A DNA stretch of 64,000 bases, taken from positions 2,682,690-2,746,689 of the forward strand of contig NC_068988.1 in NCBI RefSeq assembly GCF_001194135.2. The letters run 5' to 3'. Shown piece by piece: positions 37,740 through 50,403 of this stretch (position 1 is the first letter of the stretch; each line of letters starts with the position of its first letter). Below the pieces are notes generated by a model. That model was not told the origin of the DNA. It saw only the letters and a program-made list of their open reading frames with translations, and ran no database searches. The position numbers and the translations under genes are program-made. Source of the DNA: Octopus bimaculoides. Taxonomy: Eukaryota.

Positions 37740-39264
37740 ACATACACATATATCTATGTATGTATGTATATATCTCAGAGAGAGTGATAAAGAATGTGGG
37801 TGAGAGAAAAGAGATGGTGAAAATAAAAATGTAGGCATAACAGAACTAATTCATCTTCTTCCATTGAAAAGAGGGTTTAAAGAGGATAGATTCTTTCTAG
37901 AATCAACAAGGAAAAGAAATAGCTATGAATAAAATGACTTGAAATGATCGGCAGAAGTGGAATGAAGAGAAGAAAAAATATGAAGCTGGTCTTATGTATT
38001 AAGCTAACATGAATCTTCCGGCAAAACTTTTATTTATTGTAAGCCATATGCATCTTTCATATCAACGATATACATCAGAGTTTTATGGTGTTGACAGATA
38101 TCTCTCCTGAATATTCTACATTCACATATTTTCTTTTCACACAAACACACGCATTGACGTATGCACTCATTCATGTGTACATACACTCGTGTTTATTTAC
38201 TTACGTAAATTCATGTGCACACAACACGTCACATATACATTCATTATATGTTGAAGATTTGTATGTTATATTCTAAAGGGTGCAGGTTGTTAACTAGTGA
38301 ATAATAGTGAACATTTTTAGTGTTTGGCAAAAAAAAAAGAAGAAAAAAGAAAAAGAAAAGAAGGAAAAAAATAGAAATAAATAAAAATAAAATAGATACA
38401 GTATCTGTAAGTTATTCAACATCAAGTAAAATGAATATTTCTTTCTATAGAAGCGTTTTAAAATTTGGAATGTCTTTTTTTTTTCACTGTTGTTGCTTTT
38501 TGTTATTTGTTTTCACACAGGATTTGAGAAAGTTTGCTATTTGTCAGAAACTGCAAGAATGATACAATTTCAAACAATATTTACTGTATAATAAAAGACA
38601 TAATCGCCAGATGCTTTTCTAATACCTACAGTTTTCTTTTTCTTTCAATTTAACCAAGAATGGTGGAGGAGAGACAACAATTTTCAGGATGGGGTAGGGT
38701 GTTGGAGAAGCTTATTGTATGATAATACCACCTCATAAATATTTAATACCCTTTTTATATCATTTACATTTCATATGATATTTTATTGTCGCAATGGAAA
38801 AACTGGCTTTAATAACTCTTTCTTGTAGTTTAGACAAGAGAGAAAGAGTAACAGTGAGGGCCTCAAAGGAGACAGATTGGTGGAAAGGAGGAAGCAATTG
38901 TGGACCCAAACCTAAATACTTACTCTGCTAAAGACATCCAAAAGTCCAAAAGGTGAGATTAAAGCTGCTGATCAAAGAATATTTTAGAAGTTCCCAACTT
39001 GGTTTGTAATTGAGGAATCTCATTCCGCTCACCACCCCTTTTGCTTTCTCTTCTCTTTGGTCTGATCATCTTTTCTCTTTTGTCGTCGTCATCATCATCA
39101 TCATTATCATGTATGTAAAATTCTTAGGATGAAACACCAAAAGAGACCTATCAAGTGCCATTAGTTTCCATTTAGATCTTGGAACATACATTGGATGGCA
39201 CTTTGCACAAACTCCTGCAATTTCAATATCTTTTTTTACTTTCTTCATCATAACAACTTAAAAA

Positions 39265-39482
39265 GGCAGTGAGCTGGCAGAGTCATTAGTATGCTGGGTA
39301 AAGTGCTTAGCAGCATGTTGTCCAGCTTTATGTTCTGAGTTCAAATTCTGCTGAAGTTGACTTTTGTCATTTATCCTTCTGGGATTAATAAGATAAATAC
39401 CAGTTGTGCATTTGGGTTCATGTAATTGACTTAATTCCTTCTCTTAAATTGCTGGCTTAGTGTCAAAATTTAAAGCCAATAT
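39265..39482 (+). mobile_element. tRNA-derived SINE, same family as 7101-7332
   Basis: GGCAGTGAGCTGGCAGAGTCATTAG...GTTCTGAGTTCAAATTC...ATACCAGTTG. Confidence 0.75.
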
Positions 39483-40074
39483 TAACAATTTAAATAATTG
39501 TAAGTTTTTGATGTTTGTGTCAAGCAAAGAGTGTCACAGTTTTACACAAATTTGACACCAAATTTGTAGAAATGTAGAGGACAACTAGTCTGTCTTGATT
39601 AATGAAATATCCAATAAGAAAATTAACAAGAAGTTCTCAGAACTTCAGTTCAAGTTTATGAATAACTATTTCACTTGATAACATTTATGCAACTGTGATA
39701 TCATAATTTACTGTGGGGAAATTGAAGTTAAAATAAAATCCAGTTTCAATTACGATCAGATGAGTGCAAAAAATATACTTGATGACATGTCACTGTTATC
39801 GCTGGTCTGAATTACATAATATAGAGTACAGTTATCAGCTGTCTTTTTTTTTATCTTTGGATTATTTTTGGTGCTTTAAAAATTTTTTTTAAGGCAGTCA
39901 ATTACAAAAGGCAGTGGATTATCAGATAAAACCCATTATGATACTTAATCCAGCTCTTTGTACCCTGAGTTCAAATTCCACCCTGGTTAAATTGGTTCTT
40001 CATTGTTTCAGGGTTTATAAATATACTAGACTACTCATGACCCATTGGGCCATCAATAGTTCAAGGTACCTGTA

Positions 40075-40420
40075 AAACCGGCATATTTTGGGAACCCGTG
40101 GTCCAATTTACATGAAGCTTGTTTTATTCTGCTTGTATTCCCATTTCAATGGTACCTTACTTTCAGAGTATTTTCCCATTATGTGCTGCTTTGGCTTATT
40201 TATAAAGGTGTTCACAGTAAAGGAAAATAACTCTAGGCTTATCTGCTTAACATTGTGGAAATAAACCCCCAAAAACCACATATCTTCGGAATCCATGGTC
40301 CAATTTACATGAAATTTGTTTTATTCTGTTTGTATTCACATTTCAGGGGTCCTTACTTTGAGAGTATTTTCCAATTATGCACTGGTTTGGCTGTATTAAA
40401 TTACAGAAAAGCACACATAC
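40075..40420. repeat. Diverged 197-bp tandem duplication
   Basis: GGTCCAATTTACATGAA at 40100 and 40297, with colinear similarity over more than 120 bp. Confidence 0.85.
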
Positions 40421-40888
40421 AAGTGAGCAGGGTTTTTTAATAAATTACTTGTCCAGTGGTGGTGCAGCCCAGCCCTCTCTCCCTCCAGTTGTCAACCTCC
40501 TGGATGTTTCACAGCATCAACAATAAGAGAATGGGAAGGTTGTGTGTATGTCTACTTGCTACAACATAGGCTCCTGCAACAATCAGCAAAAGCATGGCAC
40601 ACATACTACTAAATGACACCTAAAGGGATAACAGTTATCTACATTACCTGAGAATTTTTCAATATTGATTGTAGCATATTAATAAAAATCCTTCCTCAAA
40701 TGTTTAAATATCATTTGTTAATAATATTCTTTAGCATTCACCAATCCTTCCTAGGCACAAACCCTGAAATATTTTTAGGGGAATAGGTTAGTTAGTTGAA
40801 AATTGATTTGCATGCACTGGAGTAGATTTTAATTGAGCAGACACCTTACAAGTAGGTATTCTTGAATTGATACCTTCTGTCTTATGTC

Positions 40889-41192
40889 ACATTATTTACA
40901 TTTGACGGATATTTGTCCTCATCTTGTTTGTTGTTAACACATCGTTTCGGCTGATATACCTTCCAGCATTCACCAGGTGTCTTGCGGAAATTTCGAACCT
41001 GGGTTCTCATTCCTAAGGTATTTTTTCGATGTTATTATTATTATTATTATTATTCAGGTTACTGAATATTATTATTATTATTCAGGTCAGGGTTAGTAGC
41101 CCGCACTCTTAACCACTACGCCATATGCCCGTGAAATGTAAATAATGTAAATTTTGTACATAATTCCTCATCTCTCAAATATAGAACTGTAT
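40889..41192 (-). mobile_element. tRNA-headed element with hammerhead-bearing 3' part and an inverted terminal segment
   Basis: A box at 41123-41113; (AAT)n; hammerhead-like fold at 40980-40937; 15-bp inverted repeat 40889-40903 / 41134-41148. Confidence 0.75.
40937..40980 (-). ncRNA. Degenerate minimal type I hammerhead-like motif
   Basis: Minus: ACAC-CUGGUGA-A-UGCUG(gaagguauau)CAGCC-GAAAC-GAU-GUGU. Stem I ACAC/GUGU, stem II GCUG/CAGC; A6G and U16.1A relative to canonical. Confidence 0.5.
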
Positions 41193-43522
41193 AGTGTATC
41201 ACATTGATAATTATTTTCTTCTGTATCTTGAAAGGGAAGTTGAACATTTATTTCAGTACAGTTGCTAAGAAGATTTCCAAACTGTCTCTCTATTTGGAAA
41301 TGTGATTCATTAATATTATGCTCCAGTGCTCAACTGGAACTTATTTTATCAACTCTGAAAGGATAAAACACAAAGTGAACCTTGACATGATTTGAACTCA
41401 AAACGTAAAACCAAATGGAATTCCACCAAGCTTTATGTCTGTCATTCTAATGCATTTGGTAGCTCACAACCTTTATATTTATAGAGATATATCACATAAC
41501 ACATTTATATTTATAGAGAAAATGATAATGCTGATAAACAACATATCACATAACGCATAGCAGAATGAAGAAATGCTGAAATTAAAGAAATATGATAGAA
41601 ATAATAAAGTACTTGTTAGCTGTACTCTTACAATTAGAGACTGAATTCCTTATAAAATGAGTCAAATATGGAGTTGGTATTTAAGCAAACTCAATATTCT
41701 CAGTGGTTTCCAAATAATAAATCTAAGTAGCTCTTAGTGCTGTCAATAATCATGACAGAATTCAGCTCCTTAGAATGCTAGTTTAAGTGAAGTGTAGTAG
41801 AATATCAATTCAGAGCTATAAGGCAACAAACCTCATAAATTATTTGGTCTTGTGTTCCACTTTGAAACATCATTTCTCATTGATTGGTTCTCCATCCATT
41901 CTACTAACTAGACATTTCGTTATTGAATGGTAAATTGTGTGGTGAATGCTGGTGTTCAAAAAATCACTGAAATATCCAATGAAATCTTCTTACATTTAAA
42001 ATATAATACATCATTGAACTGTAATCTGTTACATTAGCTGCAGACTTTCAATTTTAAAATCGTTACAGACAATAAGACTCCCATCAATACTACTTCCAGG
42101 ATGAAAAAAAAAATAAATGAATAAAGAAAATTTGCATTATATTTGTATAATATTAATGAATCACATTTCCATATAGAGAGAGAATTTGGAAATCTTCTTA
42201 GCAATCCTGTGATAAAGTGTACAGAAGAAAATAATTATCAATGAGATATATTTCAGTGACATAAGACAGGAGGTATCAATTCAAGAATACCTACTTATAA
42301 GGTGTCTGCTCGATTAAAATCTACTCCAGTGCATGCAAGCCAATTTTCAATCTTCTTAGCATGTTGTATTCAGGAAAGTAATTTGAAGATTTTCTGGGTA
42401 AAATCACAAAACTTTCACACATGGATTGCATATTTTTTTTTATCTAATAGTCATTCCTTGTGTCTTTATCACAGCAACTCAATTAATTTTCAGGCCTTTG
42501 GGCTAAAATCTAAGTCTTAATATATCAAGATATTTATAAGGGGTTAAGTTACTAAACTGAGCAAAATAACTTGAACGTGGATGTTTACAAAAACCGCTGA
42601 CATACCTATTTTTTAAAATAAAGATCTTTTCCAATATGAAACCTTAAACAATGTAATTTAGATACAATTCTTTATTTTCTGTTAGCTGGACAAACAGAAA
42701 TAAGGTGCTTTTATTAAGTGTTGTTGTTGTTGTTTCTTTCTTCTTGAGCCATGTCAGGCTCATGAGGGCCAGTTTCATGGTTGCATTAACCTAGGTTCCT
42801 TACCTGGATGGGACACCGGTCCGTCGCAGGTGAGCTATTAGATGCAGGAGGAAAGAATGAGATAGAGTTGGGGTGGAAGAGTCAGCAGAAGTTCAACATT
42901 ACCTTCTGCTGGAGCCGTGTGGCACTTAGGTGTTTCTCTGAAAAACACACACATCACCAGGTCTGAGATTCAAACCCACTGATCTCTTGACTGAGAGTCC
43001 ACTGCTCTAACCACTTGGCCATGTGCCTCCACTTTTATTAAATGTGCATGTAAGTACTTAAGGGTGTGGTGAACATGCATTCTGCACTGGATGTGTAAAA
43101 TGAATGCACATGAATAATGAAAGAGAAATGAGCTGAGATAAAAAGCGGATTTAAGCAGCATTGGATGTAGTGTGCAAGAAAGATTATATTCTCATGGTCT
43201 TGTTGTAAATTTGAAGTCAATAGTTACCTGTATAAAGTGGTGAGTGCTCCAAATGAATAGAGTCTGGGGAAGGGAGGCCAAATAAGATATGGATAAAGTA
43301 ATAAAGACTGACATCAAGTGGGAAAAGTTTATGAAGCAACAAAGGAGCCTGACTTGAGGCAAAACGTTGAATGAGAGAAAATTTGACTGATCTGTGGAAG
43401 AAGAAAGAATTCGAATCTAAAAACGATGGTGGTGGAGGTGATGGAGGTTGTAATGTATACCATCTGCAGTTAGGTCTCTCCTCACCACCATCATATTCAT
43501 GCTCAGTCTTCATAAACTACCT

Positions 43523-43792
43523 TCTCTCTCTCTCTCTGTCTCTCCTTACCGCTCTCTCTCTCACTCTCTCTCTTTGTCTCTCCCTGTCTCTCTCTCTGTC
43601 TCTCCGTCTCTCCGTCTCTCTCTCTGTCTCTTCCTGTCTCTCTCCCTGTCTCTCTCGTGCTCTCTCCCTGTCTCTCCCGCTCTCTCTCCCTCTCTCTCTC
43701 TGTCTTTCCCTGCCTCTCTCCCTCTCCCTCTGTCTCTCTCTTTCTCTCTCTCTTTCTGTCTCTCTCTCTCTCTTTCTGTCTCTCTCTCTCTC

Positions 43793-43857
<65 letters not shown>

Positions 43858-44223
43858 NNNNNNNNNNNNNNNNNNNNNNNNNNNNNNNNNNNNNNNNNNN
43901 NNNNNNNNNNNNNNNNNNNNNNNNNNNNNNNNNNNNNNNNNNNNNNNNNNNNNNNNNNNNNNNNNNNNNNNNNNNNNNNNNNNNNNNNNNNNNNNNNNNN
44001 NNNNNNNNNNNNNNNNNNNNNNNNNNNNNNNNNNNNNNNNNNNNNNNNNNNNNNNNNNNNNNNNNNNNNNNNNNNNNNNNNNNNNNNNNNNNNNNNNNNN
44101 NNNNNNNNNNNNNNNNNNNNNNNNNNNNNNNNNNNNNNNNNNNNNNNNNNNNNNNNNNNNNNNNNNNNNNNNNNNNNNNNNNNNNNNNNNNNNNNNNNNN
44201 NNNNNNNNNNNNNNNNNNNNNNN

Positions 44224-44269
<46 letters not shown>

Positions 44270-44345
44270 GTTCTCCCTCTCTCTCTCTCTCTCTCTCTCT
44301 TTCCCTCTCTCTCTTTCCATCTGTCTCTCCATGTCTCTCTCCTTC
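43523..44345. repeat. Long (CT)n-rich tract containing a gap
   Basis: Directly visible. Confidence 0.95.
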
Positions 44346-45600
44346 TCCCTCTGTCTCTTTTCTATCAACAAGCCTCCTTACTCTCCTCCTGTCTCATGTA
44401 ATGACGGATGGCATTGCGTTGGATTTATTCAAATTCAAGCTCTGCTTATGCTTTCTGTATTGCTTCACATTACATTTTCCTCTCAACCCCTCTCCTTCTC
44501 CCTTACTCTCCATTTCCCTCTCTCCTTCATCTCTCTCATTTACTGTCTCTTTTCTCTCATTCATCTCTTTATTTCTCTTAGCATCTCCAAGCTTCACACA
44601 GCCTCCCTCATATTACATCCTCCTCTTTCATTTAGTTTTTTGCAGCCATTACTTTCTCACCAGCCACTCTCTCCTTTTACACTCACCCAAGCACCAACTT
44701 TCTCCCATCTTTCTCACTTCCAATACTCTCTCTTTTATCAACCTATCTTTTTCATTACATTCACGTTCCTTTTCACATCAAACACATTCTTCAAATTGAC
44801 CCTCCTTACCAACAATCCTCATGCAGCTGCACCAATCTCTCTTTACTTGTACTGTCTCTCCTACAACTCTCTTTCTCCAACAACTGTCTCCTTTCATTCT
44901 TTCACTCTTTTGTTCCTTGAACATTCTCTTCTGCTTACTAAGGTCAAGACAAGACCCCATACTGGAAAATGAATAAATGGAGATTGTGTACAATAGAGAG
45001 GACTTATTGCTCTTGCCAGGACCAAGAAAACCTCCTTCGAGACAACATCTTTGGTGTTTGGAGTCACAATGAAATACATTTAACACATTTTGTGAAATGG
45101 CTGGCAAACAAATGGAGTTAAAGAAAGGAATCTTTCAGCTTGACAGAACAAGACAACTTCAGTAGTGTTGGTACCACATCAAATGTATGCAATGCACTTT
45201 GTAAAGTGGTTGGCAATAGAAAGGGTATCCAGCCACAGAACCCATAGAAAGTATGGACCATACATGTGAGACTTTCTACAAATGCTTGGATTTACATTTT
45301 GTGAAACTCTTTTCTTGTGATCTCACATAAGTCATAAAGCAGAAACTGCATTTGAAAGGCTCAGCTATTTCAGAAGCAGGAAACGGTTTGGCTTTGATTA
45401 GAAGCTTTATAAACCTTGGTGAAGATCCAGACTGGAATACTATTCCCATATCATATATGATGGTGTCGCAGTCTCACACACAAACACACACACACAAGCA
45501 TCTAAGACAACATCAAAGATAAATGAAGCCTGTTTGGTTGACTGGGGCAAAGCTGCTCAATTCCTCATGGTCCCCAATCTCTGCTCCATACCTCTACTCT

Positions 45601-45638
<38 letters not shown>

Positions 45639-45744
45639 ACTCTTTAGTTATTCAGTAGCCATAGTAACCCCAGAATCCTTTGAGCCAATTGGTCTTCTAC
45701 TCTAGTTCCAGACCAGTCAATTTCTTGTGAGTGAGTTTAGAAGA

Positions 45745-46025
45745 TGGAAACTCTAGCAGCCTGTCGTATATATGTGAGCATGCGTGTGTGTATGTGTGTG
45801 TCTGGGTCTGTGTGTGCGTGTGTATATGTGCATGTGTGTTTGTGTTGTGTCTGTCTTCTGTCACCACTGGTTTGTTTACATCCATATAACTTAGCAGTTT
45901 GGCAAAAGCAACCGATAGAGGAAATACCCAATGCCAGGCTTAAAAATAAGTACTGGGGTGGACTTGTTTGACAAAATCCTTCAAGGCAGTACTCCAGCAT
46001 GGCCACAATTTAGCGAATGACTAAA
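45745..46025 (+). mobile_element. SINE 3' half with internal (TG)n
   Basis: GATGGAAACTCTAGCAGCCTGTCGTATAT-(TG)n-...TAACTTAGCAGTTTGGCAAAAG...TACTCCAGCATGGCCAC; the first part is homologous to 8325-8400. Confidence 0.65.
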
Positions 46026-47324
46026 GGACTACAGTACTGTATTTGACAGAATTTTGGTATTTTGGTGCTGTTCCTAACAGACTTACTAGCAACTTGGAGC
46101 TTTCAATGTTTTGTGGAATTCAGTTGCAGCCCTTTACAGTAAGAGTTCCAATCCAGCCTAGGTTAACTCTGCCATTCCTTATTCTGAGGTCAATGAAATT
46201 AAGTATCAGTCATGTACTGGGGCCAATTTTGTTAATTCTAATCTTTTTCCAAATTTATGACCTGCTGCCAATGTTTGGAATCTTTGTTTTCACTATTTCA
46301 ATGTCATCTAAAAAAAAAATATGTCACTTTACATGCGTTTGGAACCAGTATGGTTGCAAAATACAAAACAGTTAAAATATATAAAACAAATATAAAAGTT
46401 CATGTGTGTGCGTGTGTGGGTGCGTGCGTGCATGCGTGTGCGTACGTGCGTGTGTGTGTGTGTGCGTGTGTCTCAGAGTGTGAACGTGTGTGTTAGAGTA
46501 TGTGTTTTTGAACGTCTGACTGTGTTACTTTGAAGTTTTCTTTGGAAAAATTATATTTTGTTGGTATTTAACATTACATTTTTTTTTATGACAGGTGAAT
46601 ATATTTGTTTCTGTAGTTTTTGTTCCATTTGTTTTTTGTTTCGTTTTTTTTTCCTATTTTTATTCTTGGACAGTTCCTCCTCCCTCTCCAAACCCCTCCA
46701 CCATCATAAAACATTTGACAGGCATCACATCTTGTTGATATTTATCATTAAATACGTTGTTCAGCAATGCAGTAAGAAACAGAATCACGGAATCGTTTGG
46801 AAGCATCAAGCAATTTTCAATAAATTCCCGCCAAGAATGTCAGCTTGAAGATGTCATTGAATTGCTCAATGATGGCATGGCTTCATATATCAAACTAGAC
46901 AGGTTTTGTCATTCTTCCTTCACATTCTCTTTCACTACACTTCCATTAATATTCACAATCGATTCATAAAGAATCTTAATCAGACAACAGCATTATATAT
47001 TGATCACTGCCACCGACCAACGATGATGGATTGAATTTTAGAGAAAATATTTGATGTTGAATCGTATGTAGACTTGCTGGAATTCTTTCTGCAGGCTACA
47101 TCTGTTTTATATGGTCTTTAACATGAAATAACTGTTTAACATGTTGTAACATGAGAGAAATAAAAATAATTCTAGCTGAGTGGTTAAAGAGCTTAGTCCA
47201 GGTCACTTAATGTTTGAGTAGATTCCATTCATTTCTGATCTATCAAATAGACCAATGACAAAAGTAATCTTGTAGTGGTGACACGGGTAACAGAACTGCT
47301 TGCTTGACTATAAGTAGCATACGT

Positions 47325-47530
47325 TTATATGAGAGAGTTTTGTGTTTATATGAGACTGTTTACATTAGAGAATATTGTGTTTATATTGAGAGAAGATTGT
47401 TTATATGAGATAACACAATATTTATATGAGAGAATATAAAGTTTATGTTAGAGAATTGTGTAAATATAACAGAATACTATGTGTATAAAAGTGCGCAGTG
47501 TTTATATGAGAGTAATACAATGTTTATAAG
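47325..47530. repeat. Degenerate ~20-bp minisatellite (GTGTTTATATGAGAGAATATT-like), about 10 units
   Basis: Recurrent TTTATATGAGA core. Confidence 0.75.
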
Positions 47531-48065
47531 ATAGAGGACAACTGAAAAGAATATGGTATTTATTCATCCCTCCATCCACTATTCCTGGTAGGAAGATGGG
47601 TTTAGAGTTCCTCATGTACTTTCTCTATTGGGTCCTATCACAAGCATTCATCATTACACTCTCCAGCTGGATTGCTATATGTAACCAACCAAGACTCTGC
47701 ATATTATCCAACTATTTCATTCTTGGTCTGCTTCTAAATCTCCTGCCAGTTAGCTCACCTTGAAGAATCTGTCTTGCAATTCTTTCCTGTGACATTATAA
47801 TTCCATATGTGAATCTGATCTTGGGTAAGTTTAAGAGTGATAACTTTGTACATGTTTCAGCCACATTTGACATCTTCAGTAAAGTGTAGTTTTACAATTA
47901 CCCACTAGAGAATAGAATGGTTTCTCTGATTAAAGTTGTTTTAAAAAAACGATTATTCACTCATTTGGTATTCTAAAATAAAATTATATTTGGAAAGGCT
48001 GAATAGAAAACGGAAAAATATATTCAAACTAACGACCTATTTTTGCTAATATTTGAAAATAGAAG

Positions 48066-48067
48066 TA

Positions 48068-48120
<53 letters not shown>

Positions 48121-48121
48121 A
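48066..48121. repeat. (CTA)n microsatellite
   Basis: Directly visible. Confidence 0.95.
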
Positions 48122-48677
48122 GAAAGGTAGAAATATTAGAGTGCAGGAATAAAAACTACATACCCGTCATACACTGGGGTTAATTCATCAGTTATACCTT
48201 TCCAACTACAATTTGTCTTTGAAGGAATTAGCATTTAAGAAGGAAGCAAAAATCAATAGGAGTTAAAGAAAGCTCTGAATATAAGATTACTTGGAATTTG
48301 TATAAATTAGTTCATAATTTCGTATCTTTGATGAGTTTAGTTGTGTTTTTGTTCTTTTATTCTGAGACAAAAGAACATAATCAAATATTGGTATCTTTTG
48401 ATCTGACAAGGTAGGAATAGAATTGATTAAAACAAAAATACTGCTACTTATTTTATAAACCCTGGAAGGATGAAAGATAAACCAATTCCAATGAGATATA
48501 TAGTCAGAATATTGAGGTATGGCATCACGTACACAAAGGTATTTAGGATGGCAATCTAGTTCATCTGAAAATTCATTGCCCTCAGAATGATTTAACATTC
48601 TGTACAGTAAATTCAAACAATATTACACAAAAATGCTAAGAATTTTCCTTATTTACGTTGTGAATAAAACTGATTTC

Positions 48678-48895
48678 TATCAGGTCATCCCATAAGTTCT
48701 GTCCGATTTTACCTTTTTTAAAATTGAATGAAATTTAATAGTATTTTAGAGTGTCTAATGAAATTAAAAATTATTTTCATGCATTTGTGTACATTTAAAC
48801 TAATGAAATATTATTTTACAGAATAATAGAATTAAAATTTCTTTGATTAAAACACTTTCTAACATGGAAGTATCCAAAGCGCACTTTCTTCCGTG
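48678..48895 (+). mobile_element. Left end of a second mariner-like element
   Basis: TATCAGGTCATCCCATAA shares the GTCATCCCATAA core with the TIR at 1545-1563; ends in ATG-EVSKAHF, resembling a mariner N-terminus, then truncates. Confidence 0.5.
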
Positions 48896-49399
48896 ACCCT
48901 TTACATAGCCCCTATGACTAGTGGAGAGGAAGAGAGGAAGGTACCTTCAAAGTAGAAACCTGGCCAAAATGCTTACCACAGTGGACTCCTCTAAAAGCAC
49001 TCCAGGTGTCAGGTAAGTGATGTTAAAGCAGATAATGGATTATATCCAGCACTCAACAAGGCTTTGATGGATTTCAATGAATATAAGAGCTGAGACTGAT
49101 CCCTTAATGTTTCTGGCAATCCACAGATCCTAGACTGGGGGGTTTATTTATTTTAAAAGATGATCTCAGCAGTATTTGAACTCAGAGCATAAGTTTTGGG
49201 ACTACGTACTGCAAAACATCTTAGGGTGTAAATAAGAACAACAAAAAGTTGTTATTTACAAGAATTCTTTTGAGCAGATCTTTCATTTTGAAACATTTTA
49301 GTGAAACATTGAAAGCTTTGTAATATTTTAAACAGCAAACAGGCCAGGCTTCCAAAGACAGTTACAGAGGCCCATGAGAGGATCAAAATAGTTTAGTCT

Positions 49400-49920
49400 T
49401 GTCTTGCAAAAAATATCTCCAAGGGCTGTTGAAGAAAGCCCTAGGAGATATTTTAGGTGAAATTGGAAAAGGAAAGACATATAGCATCATAGAAGTCATC
49501 TTAAGAGCAGAGGACAAAGCAAAAGCTCAGATCAAGTAATTCCATGACACACCTGTGCATGACACACCTGTCCATGACACACCTGTGCATAAGCTGGTTC
49601 TGAAGTATTTGGGAAAGAGAATCACACGGATCACCATCCAAAACATTGGTGAGAAATGTTAAATCCTGGCTAGCAGTGAAATTTGTGGCACAATAGGAGC
49701 AATTGGTCAACGCTGATGCAACTTTTGGTGAAAAATGGTTGGGTGGGATAACCATGGACTTACAAATCCTCACGACCCTGCAAAACAACAAGACAATGCC
49801 AGAACTATTTTCTTTAGAAGTACTGAGAGAAAGAACTTAAAGTTCAGCATTCCTGATAAGTGACCCAAATGTCATATATGTGGCAGCAACATCCATCCAA
49901 AAACTTTCTGGACAGAAACT
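49400..49920 (+). pseudogene. Degraded gag-like ORF1 of an L1/Tx1-type LINE (tentative)
   Basis: PKCHICGSNIHPKTFW at 49864-49911 has exact C-x2-C-x4-H-x4-C spacing with the last Cys as TGG; coding-like upstream stretch LKYLGKRITRITIQNIG. Confidence 0.4.
49543..49590. repeat. 15-bp tandem repeat x3 (CATGACACACCTGTS)
   Basis: Units at 49543, 49558 and 49573. Confidence 0.95.
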
Positions 49921-50339
49921 CTAAAGGACCAAAAGCAGCAACAATAAACCATGGAGGTTGTCAATTCTGGGGTGGCACGCAGTACAAGTTGTGAACTGAT
50001 AAATGAAATTGTCCCATTCTCAATATGAGGTGAAAGTCATGTGATCCAAAGACCCTCAGTCCATGTCATAACCAGTAAAGACAAAAATCAGACAAGTGCT
50101 AGTGTTGATTCAATTGATTAACCATTTCCCCAAAATTTTTTGGTCTTGTACTCCCAAACCATCTGTGCTGCTTTCTCTCATCTAATCTCACAGACACAGC
50201 ACTAAACACTGTTACCATTCCTTCCTCCCAAGAACAACATCCCTCTGGAATTTCTTTCCCGCTGGTCTCAACCTGAAGCAGCATAAACAGGGTATTAACA
50301 ACCTCAGTCTCATTGCCCTCATTTTCGCTTTTTAGCTGT

Positions 50340-50403
50340 TGTCAAGGGTACATCCTGTCAAGGGTACATCCTGTCAAGGGTACATCCTGTCAAGGGTACA
50401 TCC
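50340..50403. repeat. Perfect 16-bp tandem repeat x4 (TGTCAAGGGTACATCC)
   Basis: Units at 50340, 50356, 50372 and 50388. Confidence 0.95.

Noticed and set aside
39066-39251. ORF containing CAKCH (CxxCH heme-binding-like motif)
   Set aside because: Isolated 5-residue match in a short ORF that ends in a microsatellite; expected by chance.
43371-44972. 533-aa and other gap-spanning ORFs (also 36984-37838, 58953-59917)
   Set aside because: Length comes from N runs and (CT)n tracts.
46995-47025. LYIDHCH resembling the endonuclease VII DHCH motif
   Set aside because: The downstream G..RGLLC..CN residues are absent.
48287-48616. 109-aa minus-strand ORF
   Set aside because: Overlaps a decayed SINE (48440-48560); composition is not convincingly coding.
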